A DNA stretch of 64,000 nt from Malacoraja senta. Taxonomy: Eukaryota. The stretch is taken from NCBI GenBank assembly GCA_038087875.1, contig CM075992.1, positions 8,062,001-8,126,000 on the forward strand, written 5' to 3'. Both the position numbers and the translations under genes were made by a program. Positions 24,013-33,665 of this stretch are shown here, in pieces (the first letter of the stretch is position 1; each line of letters opens with the position of its first letter). The notes beneath the pieces are model-generated. The model ran no database searches, was not told where the DNA came from, and saw nothing but the letters and a program-made list of their open reading frames with translations.

Positions 24013-24128
24013 CAGCCTCTACGATGCAGCCACGACCCTCACAGTCCCTACGATGCCGCCACGACCCTCACAGCCCCTACGATGCCGCCACGACCCTCAC
24101 AGCCCCTACGATGCCGCCACGACCCTCA
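24013..24128. repeat. 29-bp minisatellite x4 at the start of MCOLN1 intron 1
   Basis: Unit CAGCCCCTACGATGCCGCCACGACCCTCA starting at 24013, 24042, 24071, 24100. Confidence 0.95.
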
Positions 24129-24129
24129 C

Positions 24130-24154
24130 CTGCGTCGCAGCCGCTCACGGCCAT
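24130..24154 (-). CDS. MCOLN1: Mucolipin-1 (TRPML1) coding exon 1, MAVSGCDA+G
   Basis: Minus strand aacATGGCC...GCAG|gtgagg, 25 nt ending in phase 1, which joins the phase-1 start of the 7261-7496 exon (G+TT=Val); lies in a CpG island with E-boxes and GC boxes. Confidence 0.8.
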
Positions 24155-24224
24155 GTTGTTGCTATCGCTGCCGCCCGGGACAGCTCTCGCCGATGCCGCA
24201 GGCCCTGCCCAGCGTCGCCATGGT

Positions 24225-24450
24225 CCCGTGACCCGGGCCCGTCAATCACACCTCCCTGGGCCCGCCCACATCGACCTGGCGAAGCCGCCGGCACGTGACA
24301 CTGACACGTCAATCATCACAGGCCCCCCCCGCCCCTCACTGACGCCCGGACACGTGACACGGACACGTCAATCATCCCGCGGTCCTGCCCACATTCACCG
24401 ACGACGTCAGGTCGGGGGCGGGGCCATGAGGTGGGGGCGGAGCCATTGGT
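24225..24450 (-). promoter_or_regulatory. MCOLN1 CpG-island promoter with CLEAR-type E-boxes, GC boxes and a CCAAT box
   Basis: CACGTGAC at 24292-24299 and 24351-24358, GGGGCGG at about 24415 and 24434, ATTGG at 24445, GACGTCA at 24403; immediately upstream of exon 1. Confidence 0.75.
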
Positions 24451-24885
24451 CCATCACTACAACAAATAAGATCTGAACCACATACAATATACAATATTTA
24501 TTCATTGTCATTTGAACCTCAAATGAGGCTCAAACGAAACTCTGTTTCTGCAGCCATACAAAAAGAAACAATTTCTACAAGACACACAAACAATTCAATT
24601 TACACAAACATCCATCACAGTGAATCTCCTCCTCACTGTGATGGAAGGCAAAGTCTTTTTCTCTCCCCTGTGTTCCATTTTTTCTCCCGGTGTTAAAGTC
24701 CCAGGCGGGCGATGGTAAGTCCACATAGACAGGTTTGGAGGGATATCAAGTTCAAGTTCAAGTGAGTTTATTGTCATGTGTCCCTGATAGGACAATGAAA
24801 TTCTTGCTTTGCTGCTCGACTCTACATCCCACCCCAGGCAGACGTCCGCCTGGCACTGGAGGAGCTGCACGCCGTGGATATGGTT

Positions 24886-25110
24886 GTTCAAGAAGGAACT
24901 GCAGATGCTGGAAAATAGAAGGTAGATAAAAAGTGCTGGAGAAACTCAGCGGGTGAGGCAGCATCTATGGAGCGAAGGAAATAGGCAACGTTTCGGGCCG
25001 AAACCGGGTCCTGGGGTCTGAAGAAGGGTTTCGGCCCGAAACGTTGCCTATTTCCTTCGCTTCATAGATGCTGCCGCACCCGCTGAGTCTCTCCAGCACT
25101 TTTGTCTACC
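24886..25110. mobile_element. Inverted Penelope pLTR insertion between the two promoters
   Basis: Opposed pLTR halves with hammerhead core at about 25018. Confidence 0.8.
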
Positions 25111-25229
25111 TTGGAGGGATATGGACCAAGTGCACGCAAGGGGGACTGGTGTAGCTGGGACATTGTTGGCCGGTGTGGGCAAGTTGCGTCGAAGGGCCAG
25201 TTTCCACACTGTATCACTCTTTGAGTCTA

Positions 25230-25662
25230 TATCCCTTGATTCCTCTAGCCCGAAGAGCTAAATCTAACTCTCTTGAAAACATCCAGTGAATCGGCCTCCA
25301 CTGTTCTGTGGCAGAGAATTCCACAGATTCACAACTCTCAGGGTGAAGACGTTTTTCCTTATCTCAGTCCTAAATGGTCAACCCCTTATTCTTAAACTGT
25401 GACCCCTGGCTCTGCACTCCCCCAACGTCGGGAACATTTTTCCTGCATCTAACCTGTCCAATCCTTTAATAATTTTATATGTTTCTGTAAGATCCCCTCG
25501 CATCCTTCTAAATGCCAGTGAATACAAGCCCAGTCGACCCATTCTTTCATCGTATGTCAGTCCCGCCATCCCGGGAATTAACCTGGTGAACCTATGCTGC
25601 ACTCCCCCAATAGCAATAATGCCCATCCTCAAATTAGGAGACCAAAATTGCATACAATACTC
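25230..25662 (-). mobile_element. CR1 LINE 3' fragment
   Basis: EYCMQFWSPNLR...RFTRLIPGMAGL...RGHSLRIRG. Confidence 0.85.
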
Positions 25663-25979
25663 CTGATTTGTCGTCTCATTGCATGCAGTACACAGTAGGA
25701 GGGATGTGATCACACTGGAGAGGGTGCAGAGGAGATTCACCAGGATGTCCCCTGGGGTGGAGGAGCTCAGTGAAAAGTGACCGGGTCCTGGGGGATGAGT
25801 GGAGTACAGGGTCCCGGAGGAGATGCTAACCGGAACGGGTCCCAGGGGCAAAAGATGAAAGGGGGTCCAGAGTCCGGTGGAAGATGCGATTGGGAGGAGG
25901 TGGTCAGGGGTCTGGAGCCCTGCCCCCTGACCAAAGCCCAGCCCCATGTGACCCTGGCCACAATAGGAGTCTCGCCCCC

Positions 25980-26312
25980 TAGCAGGGACCTGCCACATGA
26001 CCCACTCCGCCTAGCCCAATGGCCCCGCCCCCTAAAGCTCCTCCCACAACCCGAGGCCACGCCCCGGGTCTCACGTAACCCCACTCGCCCCGCCTCATGG
26101 CCCCGCCCCTGTCCCTACTCCGCCCCGCCTCTTGGCCCCGCCCCTGGCCTCATGACCCCGGCTCCCTGAGCTCCTCCCACAACCGGAGGTCCCACCCCTT
26201 CTCCTCCCCCTCCCCCTCCAGTGCGCACGCGCGAGCCTGCTGATTAAAGACGCCGCTGTCAGAGCCGAGGCCTAAAGCCGCCAGCGCCAGCCCGTGGACA
26301 AGACAGCTCCAG
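25980..26312 (+). promoter_or_regulatory. Probable promoter and non-coding first exon of the LRRC8 gene
   Basis: GC-rich island with multiple CCGCCC boxes, CCAAT, NRF1-like GTGCGCACGCGC (26221-26232), candidate donors CCAG|gtagag (26312) and CCG|gtgagc (about 26450); the downstream LRRC8 exon begins with an acceptor and so needs an upstream exon. Confidence 0.55.
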
Positions 26313-29300
26313 GTAGAGAGGGGGTGGTTTGCAATGGAGGCCTGGCCTGGCCTGGCCTGGCCTGATCTGCTGAGGGAAGGTGCAGGCAGCGTGATCATTG
26401 AGGAGCCGGAGCCGGGACTGGGCTTGGCCAGGGGGTGCAAGCATCGCCCGGTGAGCAGATATACTGTCAGCCCCTGTCACTGAAGAAAGGTGTCGACCCG
26501 AAACGTCGCCCATTCCTTCTCTCCAGAGTTGCTGCCCGTCCCGCTGAGTTACTCCAGCATTTTGTGTCTTTATCTTCGGTGTGAACCAGCGCCTGCAGCT
26601 CCTTCTTACACGGTGCCTTTGTGCCGCCGCAGGCTGGAGTAGCGACCAGTTGCAGGGGGTTTGTGCAGGAAGGAACGGCAGATGCTGCATTATACCCAAG
26701 ACAGACACAAAAAGCCGGAGTAACTCAGCGGGTCAGGCAGCATCTCTGGAGAGAAGGAATGGGTGACGTTTCCGATCGAGACCCTTCAGACTTGTATCAC
26801 GTTCTGAAAGTAAAACGACATTCCTCTCTGCTGGTGTCACGCTTGTTTATAAATTCTAAGTCGGGGTTGGAGTCATTAAAAATATGGATGTGACTAACGC
26901 AATACACTTCCACTGATGAATAATGTGAGATACCGTAGTGTGATTGGTAATACAGCTCCACTTCCTTGCTTGTTCCCAAAACCACACAACTCCCTCACTG
27001 ATCAACAGTTATCCCTCTCAGCCAAAAATATATTCTTTGTTCCAATCCCTGCAACTCTGTGTGAGAAAATCGCAAGGAGTTGCGACCCCCCCTGAGAAGA
27101 AATGCCTCCATTATTTTCAGTCTACTTGTTTTAGATTCTCTCACAAGGAAAACATCCTCTCAACATCTACCTTTGATTCCTCCTGTATGTTTCAATAAAA
27201 TATATTTTCTTCTTCTAAACACAATGACCCATTTGCTCATTTTTCCTTGTTACCAGTCTACCCCACCCCGCCTTACAATCAGTCTGAAGAAGGGTCCTGA
27301 CCAGAAACGTCACTTACAGTATCATGTTCTGCAGAGATGCTGCCTGACCCATTGAGTTACTCCTGCATTTTATGTCTATCTTTATTACAAACTAGCATCT
27401 GCAGTTTTTTAAAATTACACTATTGCTCATCTTTCCCTTGGGTTAACCCCTCTATTCTGGGAATCACCCCTGTGAATCTTCTATATACTGCTATCCTTCA
27501 TTATGACCAAACCTGGTTGCAACGTTCCACTTATGTACTGTGTAGTTGCAGCAAGTCAGAAATGCAGCTGCCTGGCAGCAATCAGGCCAACCAAGGGAAA
27601 TGTGCAGTTAAACCAGGGTGTTTAACTCAACCGTTCAGGTAACTCTAACCATACGGCAGAGGAAGCCTGCAGCAACCGGTAAACCCATCCCGCCAGTCTC
27701 CGAAAGGCATTGTTTACTCCGTACGTTCTGAACATAAATTGGGTGTTCATAACATGAGGTGAGCCCATACTGGAAATCCACTGACAGGACATCTTCCCTT
27801 TATCCCTGCTCATTATATCTTCAAACAACTCCCATCAATCTGGCAACCGCTATTATTCTTTAATAAGATCAGTTTTTCTTTACTTGGTGATATTATGAGT
27901 TCCCAAAAGTCTTGCTGCTGCTTGCTTAACCTTTGGTAGTCCCCAAATCAGCTCACATTTATCAGGATTCCATCTGCCGATACTGATGGAACTGCAGATG
28001 CCGGTTCACACCGAAGATTGGACGCAAAATGCTGAAGTAACTCTGCGGATCAGTGGAGTAACTCAGTGGACAGGCAGCATCTCTGGAGAAAAGGATTGGG
28101 TGACTTTTCGGGTCGAGACCCTACTTCACATTGAGAGTCAGGGGAGGGGGAGATGAGATAAGGAAGTGTAAGATGTGAGAATGAGACATCAAAGGATAGA
28201 TGTGCTGTTTAAATTGGCATCATGGTTTGCACAGACATGGTGGGCTGAAAGTCTATTGCTGCCCATTATAAATCTTTGTTGAGCTCTTTGCTCTATCCAG
28301 TGCAAATTTGATGGGCTTGACTTTGAAAGAATTAAAGATGAGTTTGTTCCATTAATAGTAGCTCTTGCTCCCACAGGTATGTTTGTGGACACGTGATTGT
28401 AACTAGGGTTACCACTGGACTGGAGCTTTAACCGGCAAATTTCCATCAGTTTGGGACTACTGCACAAAGCCCACTCCAATTTTTATGTGAGTATTTGGCT
28501 TTTTGTTCACTTTATCATACATTCTTTAGGAATATTTGATTGATTTGGAATAACATCAAAATCAAGGAATCTGATTATTCCTGAAAGTTGAGTGTAGTTT
28601 CGAGATACAGCATGGAAATAGGCCCTTCGGCTCAGATTCCTGCAGGTTAAAACACTATCCTACACAGACAGGGGACAATTTGCAATATTACCAAGCCAGT
28701 TAACCTACAAACCTGTACATGTTTGGAGTGTGGGAAGAAACCGGAGCACCTGGGGAAAACCCACGCGGATCACTCATTACAAACTCCATACAGATGGCAC
28801 CCGTAGTCAGCATCGAACCCGGGTCTCTGGCGCTATAAGGCAGCAGCTCAACCGCTGTGCCACCGTGCAGCCCCTGATGCTGAAGCATTTGTCTCCTCGC
28901 TAGGTACTTCTGTCCGCGTAATCCCTCCCCACTGCCCTGCCAGGCACCCTTCCGGGGGACCCGAGCACCAGCTTGGTTCCAGAGACCCGGGTTCGATCCT
29001 GACCTCTGGTGCTGTCTGTGTAGAGTTTGTGTGTGACTCTAAGGGTTTGTTCTGGGTGCTTTGGTTTCCTCCTACATTCCAAAGATGTGCGGATGGGTGG
29101 GTTAATTGGTTGCTGTAAATGTACGTTCAGTTCTTATCTCTGCCCACACCCCTCCTCTTAGTCAGATACATTCGGTCATTATCCCTCACTGCATGAAAAA
29201 GTTCATCCCCAAATCATTCCTGAATCTCTTGCATGAGACTTATATCTGTGTCCATCATCCTTGCATTGTTGGCTAAAGGGTATAACGTGTAAACCATCCC

Positions 29301-29404
29301 CAGTGTTCACCTCTCAAATCTCCTCATCCTACCCGCAGTAAAGGAGGATAAACTCAGTAAACGTACAGTAGGTAGGCCCCCTTCGGTCATGACTGATCCT
29401 AGTT

Positions 29405-29910
29405 TGCAGGTGATGTGTGGTCGGATGCAAGCCTGGGCAATGTCATATGGAGGACAGGCTGTTGCCCATGCAGCACGTCCCCCCTCCCCATGTCGCTGAT
29501 CGATCCAAAGGAACAGCAGGGCCGTTACAGTTTGGCACCAGCGCCGTCACAGGAGCTGCCAGAGCGAGGTTGTAGACGACAAACTGCCTTAGGGGCTCCG
29601 GATTTTCTTGAGGTTTACTCCTGGAGCCTTTTCTATGACTGGATATGGCCACAAGGCAGTGGACGTTTTAGATCTGAGTTTTCCCTCTCCTGGATGGACT
29701 GCCTTCCCAGGCTGATGAGCCCCATCTGCCCGAGACTCGTGGGGGCGGGAGCGTCTACCTTCCCGTGCAGGTCTATAGCACCTGCCCACTGCCCAAGTAA
29801 ACGTACGATGCTCAGAGAAAAGCATTCTCCCACACGGAGGCCCTTCCACCCCAAGAATCTAGGGACTACTCCAAAGGTGCAGTGCTCCAAAGACCTGTAC
29901 ATTGCCCTCC
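29405..29910 (-). mobile_element. Probable RTE-related non-coding element
   Basis: GC-rich non-coding block containing GGCAGTCCATCCAGGAGAGGGAAAACTC, resembling RTE 5' UTR motifs; ends uncertain. Confidence 0.35.
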
Positions 29911-30103
29911 ATACCCGAGTAACCCCACCTTCCTTCCCACAACCTTCCAGCCAGGAACCTGCTCTGATACAGACACCCTAACTTTCTCTCAATCATCAAA
30001 CCTGTAATTTTTGTAGAGAAACTGGTGGGTTATGAGAGGTGATTTAGGGTCAAATGTTCCTGGCTGGGTCAGGAGCCGTGGGTTTGTGGCCTGATGATAG
30101 TAA

Positions 30104-30328
30104 AGGGCTTGTCCCACTTTCATGACCTAATTCATGACCTTTTTTACTCGTGGACATTTTTCATCAGGCTAGAAAAACGCCTGGACCTACTTGATGCCAC
30201 GAGTACCTACGACTAGCATCACAACCTGCTACGACCTACCTACGACCTTGTGACGACCATGCTGCGAGTATGTCAAGGGCAAACTCGGCAGAGGTCGTGA
30301 ATTAGGTTGTGAAAGTGAGACAGGCTCT
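30104..30328. mobile_element. PIF/Harbinger-type MITE
   Basis: Same family as 12293-12492, TSD TAA. Confidence 0.85.
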
Positions 30329-31157
30329 TAACCAGGTTTGCACTTGGGAGGTGGGTGGAGAGCTGCAATGGTGAGTATTGTTTCTGGGCTATGAGGTGTT
30401 ATCTTCAATGGTTAGTGTCCTGCATTAGATGACAGGGGTAGGGCTGTTCTAAAGGTTTAATTCTGCTTTGACTTTGGACCTCAGAGTCACAGCACAGAAA
30501 TAGGCCCTTCAGCCCAACAAGTCTGCGCAGACCAGCGTTCACCTCACACACTAACACTATCCTACACACTAGGGACAATTTACAATTTTACCTAAACCGA
30601 TTAACCTACAAACTTGCACGTCTTTGGAATGTGGGAGGAAACCAGAGCACCCGGAGAAAACCCACACGGTCACAGGGAGAACGTATAAACTCCGTGCAGA
30701 CAACACCCGTAGTCCGGATCGAACCCGGGTCTCTGGCGCTGTAAAGCAGCAACTCCATTGCTGCGCCACTGTGCCACCTTTTGAGCTTGTTTGCACCTTC
30801 ATTGGTGAATATACTGGGTTACATTGGTGGCATTCAAGGAGTTTAGTAGAGATGCAGCGTGAAAACAGGCCCTTCAGCCCACCGAATCCACAATGACCAA
30901 CGATCACCCGTACACTAGTTCTATCCTATGCATTAGCGACAATTTACAGAGGCCAATTAACCTGCAAACCCACACGACTTTGGAGTGTGGGAGGAAACCG
31001 GAGCAAATGTACAAACTCCGTATAGACAGCATCTGTAGTCAGGATCGATCCTGGTCTCTGGCGCTGTAAGGCAGTAACTCTACCGCTGTGCCACTGTGGG
31101 GAGTGGAGGGAAAAAGTGTTTCTTCCTGCTAAATGTTCCCACTTTTGTTTTGCAGAC

Positions 31158-33665
31158 ATGATCACTCTGACAGAGCTTGCCACTCTCTCGGAGAGTCAGC
31201 CCACTCATCGACTACTCAAACCCTGGTGGGATGTTCTGATGGACTACTTTGTGGTGATTATGTTGATGGTGTCCCTCTTGTCAGCCACCTTGCTCATTTC
31301 CAACGACAAAGTTGCGTGTTTACCTTGCAACAACGTGCACAGTCTGAACACCTCGTCGAGGTGCGACCCACCTAAAACAGCATCACTGCCTCGCAAGCCG
31401 CAATCTTCCACAGAGAGGGCGCAAGTCGACCAAATCAGTCCCAGTTCCTCAGGAAGAGCTGGAGAACCTTTAGGTGACAACCAAGTGAAACCATTGTCTC
31501 CAGCCCAGGAACGAAGAGTAGGAGGTCATAAAACAAACTTGGATTACCAGCAGTATGTTTACATCAGTCAGGTTTGTTACCAGAAGGCCTTGCCGTGGTA
31601 TTCCAAGTACTTTCCTTATGTGGCCCTAGTCCACTCCATTATCCTGATGATCAGTGGTAATTTCTGGTTCAAGTTCCCAAAAACCTCCTCCAAGGTGGAA
31701 CATTTTGTCTCCATTCTGGGCAAGTGTTTTGAGTCGCCTTGGACCACCAAAGCAGTTTCTGAGACCGCCAACGAAGACTCCGAAAACAGCCAGCATCGGA
31801 CTAAAATGTTCAAGTCGGTGACCCTGGAGCCCAGTGAGAACTCTGATACCTGCTCCTCACTCACCTCCTGCCCCGAAGTGACCTTTGAGCCTCCTGTCAC
31901 CGGATCGCCGTCGATGAACATCCTGGATAAGCAGGATGGCGAGCAGGCCAAGGCTCTCTTTGAGAAGGTCCGCAGGTTCCGGGCCCACACCGAGGATGGA
32001 GACCTGATCTACAAGTTCTACGTTGGTCAGACAGTTGTAAAGGCTATAAAATTCATGATCATCCTGAGCTACACATTTACCTTTGTCGACTCCATCAATT
32101 TCGAACATATCTGCAAGCCCAAGATAAAAAACGTGACTGGCTATGCTGTTTTCTTCTGCACTCATAGTATGGCCTACATGCTGCAGAAGCTCCTCATCAC
32201 CTACATTGTTCTCATTGCGCTCTACGGATTGGTTTGTCTCTACACACTGTTCTGGCTGTTCCGAGGCTCTCTGAAAGAATATTCCTTTGAGAAGGTTCGT
32301 GAGGAGAGCAACTTCAGTGACATTCCCGATGTGAAGAACGACTTTGCCTTTTTGTTGCACATGGTGGACCAATATGACCAGCTCTACTCCAAGAGGTTCG
32401 CCATTTTCCTGTCCGAAGGTTGCGAGAACAAACTGCTGGAGATGAACCTGAACCACGAGTGGACCTATGAGAAGCTGAGGCAGCATGTGTCCAAAAACAG
32501 CCAAGGGAAGCTCGAACTGCAGCTCTTCATGTTGTCTGGAATCCCAAAGGCCGTCTTTGACATGAGCGACCTGGAGGTGCTGAAGCTGGAGCTGGTTCCT
32601 GATGTCAAGCTGCCAGCTAAAATGTCCCAGATGGCAGCACTGAAGGAGCTCTATCTTTACCATTGCCCTGCAAAGGTCGATCAGATTGCCTTCAACTTCC
32701 TCAGAGATCACCTTCACATCTTGCATGTCAAATTCACCGATATTGGCGAGATCCCTCTGTGGGTGTACTCCCTCAAAAACCTGGTGGAGTTGCACCTTTC
32801 TGGCAATCTGAATTCCGAAACCAACAAGGCCATTGGACTGGAGTCCCTGAAGGAGCTCAGGCATCTCAAAATACTTATCCTGAAGAGCAATCTCTCGAAA
32901 ATCCCCTCCAATGTCATGGAACTTGCCACTCACTTGTCCAGGTTGGTCATTCAGAATGACGGCACAAAGTTACTGGTGCTCAATAATCTGAAGAAGTTAG
33001 CCACTCTCTCCGAGCTGGAGCTGCAGAACTGTGAGCTTGAGAGAATCCCACATGCAATATTCAGCCTTGCAAACCTACAGAAAATAGACCTGAAGTCCAA
33101 CAACATTCAAACCATTGAGGAGATTGTCAGTTTCCAGCACCTCAAGAGGCTGTCATGCCTCAAACTTTGGCACAACTCCATTCTTTCCATCCCAACGACC
33201 ATCAGTCTTATCAAAAACCTTGAGCAGCTTTTCTTAAACAACAACAAACTGGAGTCCTTGCCCAGTGCTTTGTTCACCCTTAGAAAGCTGAGGCACTTGG
33301 ACTTAAGCCACAATCTGCTCACAATTGTCCCGCCAGACTTTCAGTTACTCCAGAACCTGCAGCATTTCTCCATCACCAAAAACAAGGTGGAGATCTTGTC
33401 TGTTCAACTCTTCCAGTGCCTAAAGCTGAAGACTTTACATCTGGGGCAAAACTGCATCACTTGCATCCCCCCTGAGATTGGACAGTTGACACAACTCACT
33501 TACCTGGAGCTGAAAGGGAACCACTTGGAGAGACTTCCCGCTGAGATTGGCCACTGCTTGCTACTGAAGAAGGCCAATCTCATTGTTGAGGATATCTTGT
33601 TTGATCGTCTCCCCCTGGATGTGAAAGATAATCTCGCCGAACAAGACTTTATATCTGTTGTTTAA
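31158..33665 (+). CDS. LRRC8D: Volume-regulated anion channel subunit, LRRC8D-like (835 aa, single coding exon); probably a paralogue rather than the strict orthologue
   Basis: LKPWWD motif, four TM segments, KTNLDYQQY, YSKYFPY, DIPDVKNDFAFLLHMVDQYDQLYSKRF, C-terminal LRR array; acceptor ttttgcag|AC ATG places the start at 31158, not the GTG at 31116. Confidence 0.93.
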   Translation: MITLTELATLSESQPTHRLLKPWWDVLMDYFVVIMLMVSLLSATLLISNDKVACLPCNNVHSLNTSSRCDPPKTASLPRKPQSSTERAQVDQISPSSSGRAGEPLGDNQVKPLSPAQERRVGGHKTNLDYQQYVYISQVCYQKALPWYSKYFPYVALVHSIILMISGNFWFKFPKTSSKVEHFVSILGKCFESPWTTKAVSETANEDSENSQHRTKMFKSVTLEPSENSDTCSSLTSCPEVTFEPPVTGSPSMNILDKQDGEQAKALFEKVRRFRAHTEDGDLIYKFYVGQTVVKAIKFMIILSYTFTFVDSINFEHICKPKIKNVTGYAVFFCTHSMAYMLQKLLITYIVLIALYGLVCLYTLFWLFRGSLKEYSFEKVREESNFSDIPDVKNDFAFLLHMVDQYDQLYSKRFAIFLSEGCENKLLEMNLNHEWTYEKLRQHVSKNSQGKLELQLFMLSGIPKAVFDMSDLEVLKLELVPDVKLPAKMSQMAALKELYLYHCPAKVDQIAFNFLRDHLHILHVKFTDIGEIPLWVYSLKNLVELHLSGNLNSETNKAIGLESLKELRHLKILILKSNLSKIPSNVMELATHLSRLVIQNDGTKLLVLNNLKKLATLSELELQNCELERIPHAIFSLANLQKIDLKSNNIQTIEEIVSFQHLKRLSCLKLWHNSILSIPTTISLIKNLEQLFLNNNKLESLPSALFTLRKLRHLDLSHNLLTIVPPDFQLLQNLQHFSITKNKVEILSVQLFQCLKLKTLHLGQNCITCIPPEIGQLTQLTYLELKGNHLERLPAEIGHCLLLKKANLIVEDILFDRLPLDVKDNLAEQDFISVV

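Noticed and set aside
27546..27638. Candidate second 5' UTR exon of LRRC8 (tgtag|...TCAG|gtaact)
   Set aside because: Splice-like signals only, weak polypyrimidine tract, no other evidence
29780..29910. Possible HDV-like ribozyme at the head of the RTE-like element
   Set aside because: Could not assemble consistent P1/P2/P3 pairings by eye
31116..31157. 14-codon N-terminal extension of LRRC8 in the ORF track
   Set aside because: Starts at GTG and covers the polypyrimidine tract and acceptor; the family-typical start is ATG 31158
31857..32933. 358-aa antisense ORF
   Set aside because: Shadow of the LRRC8 coding strand; no recognisable motif
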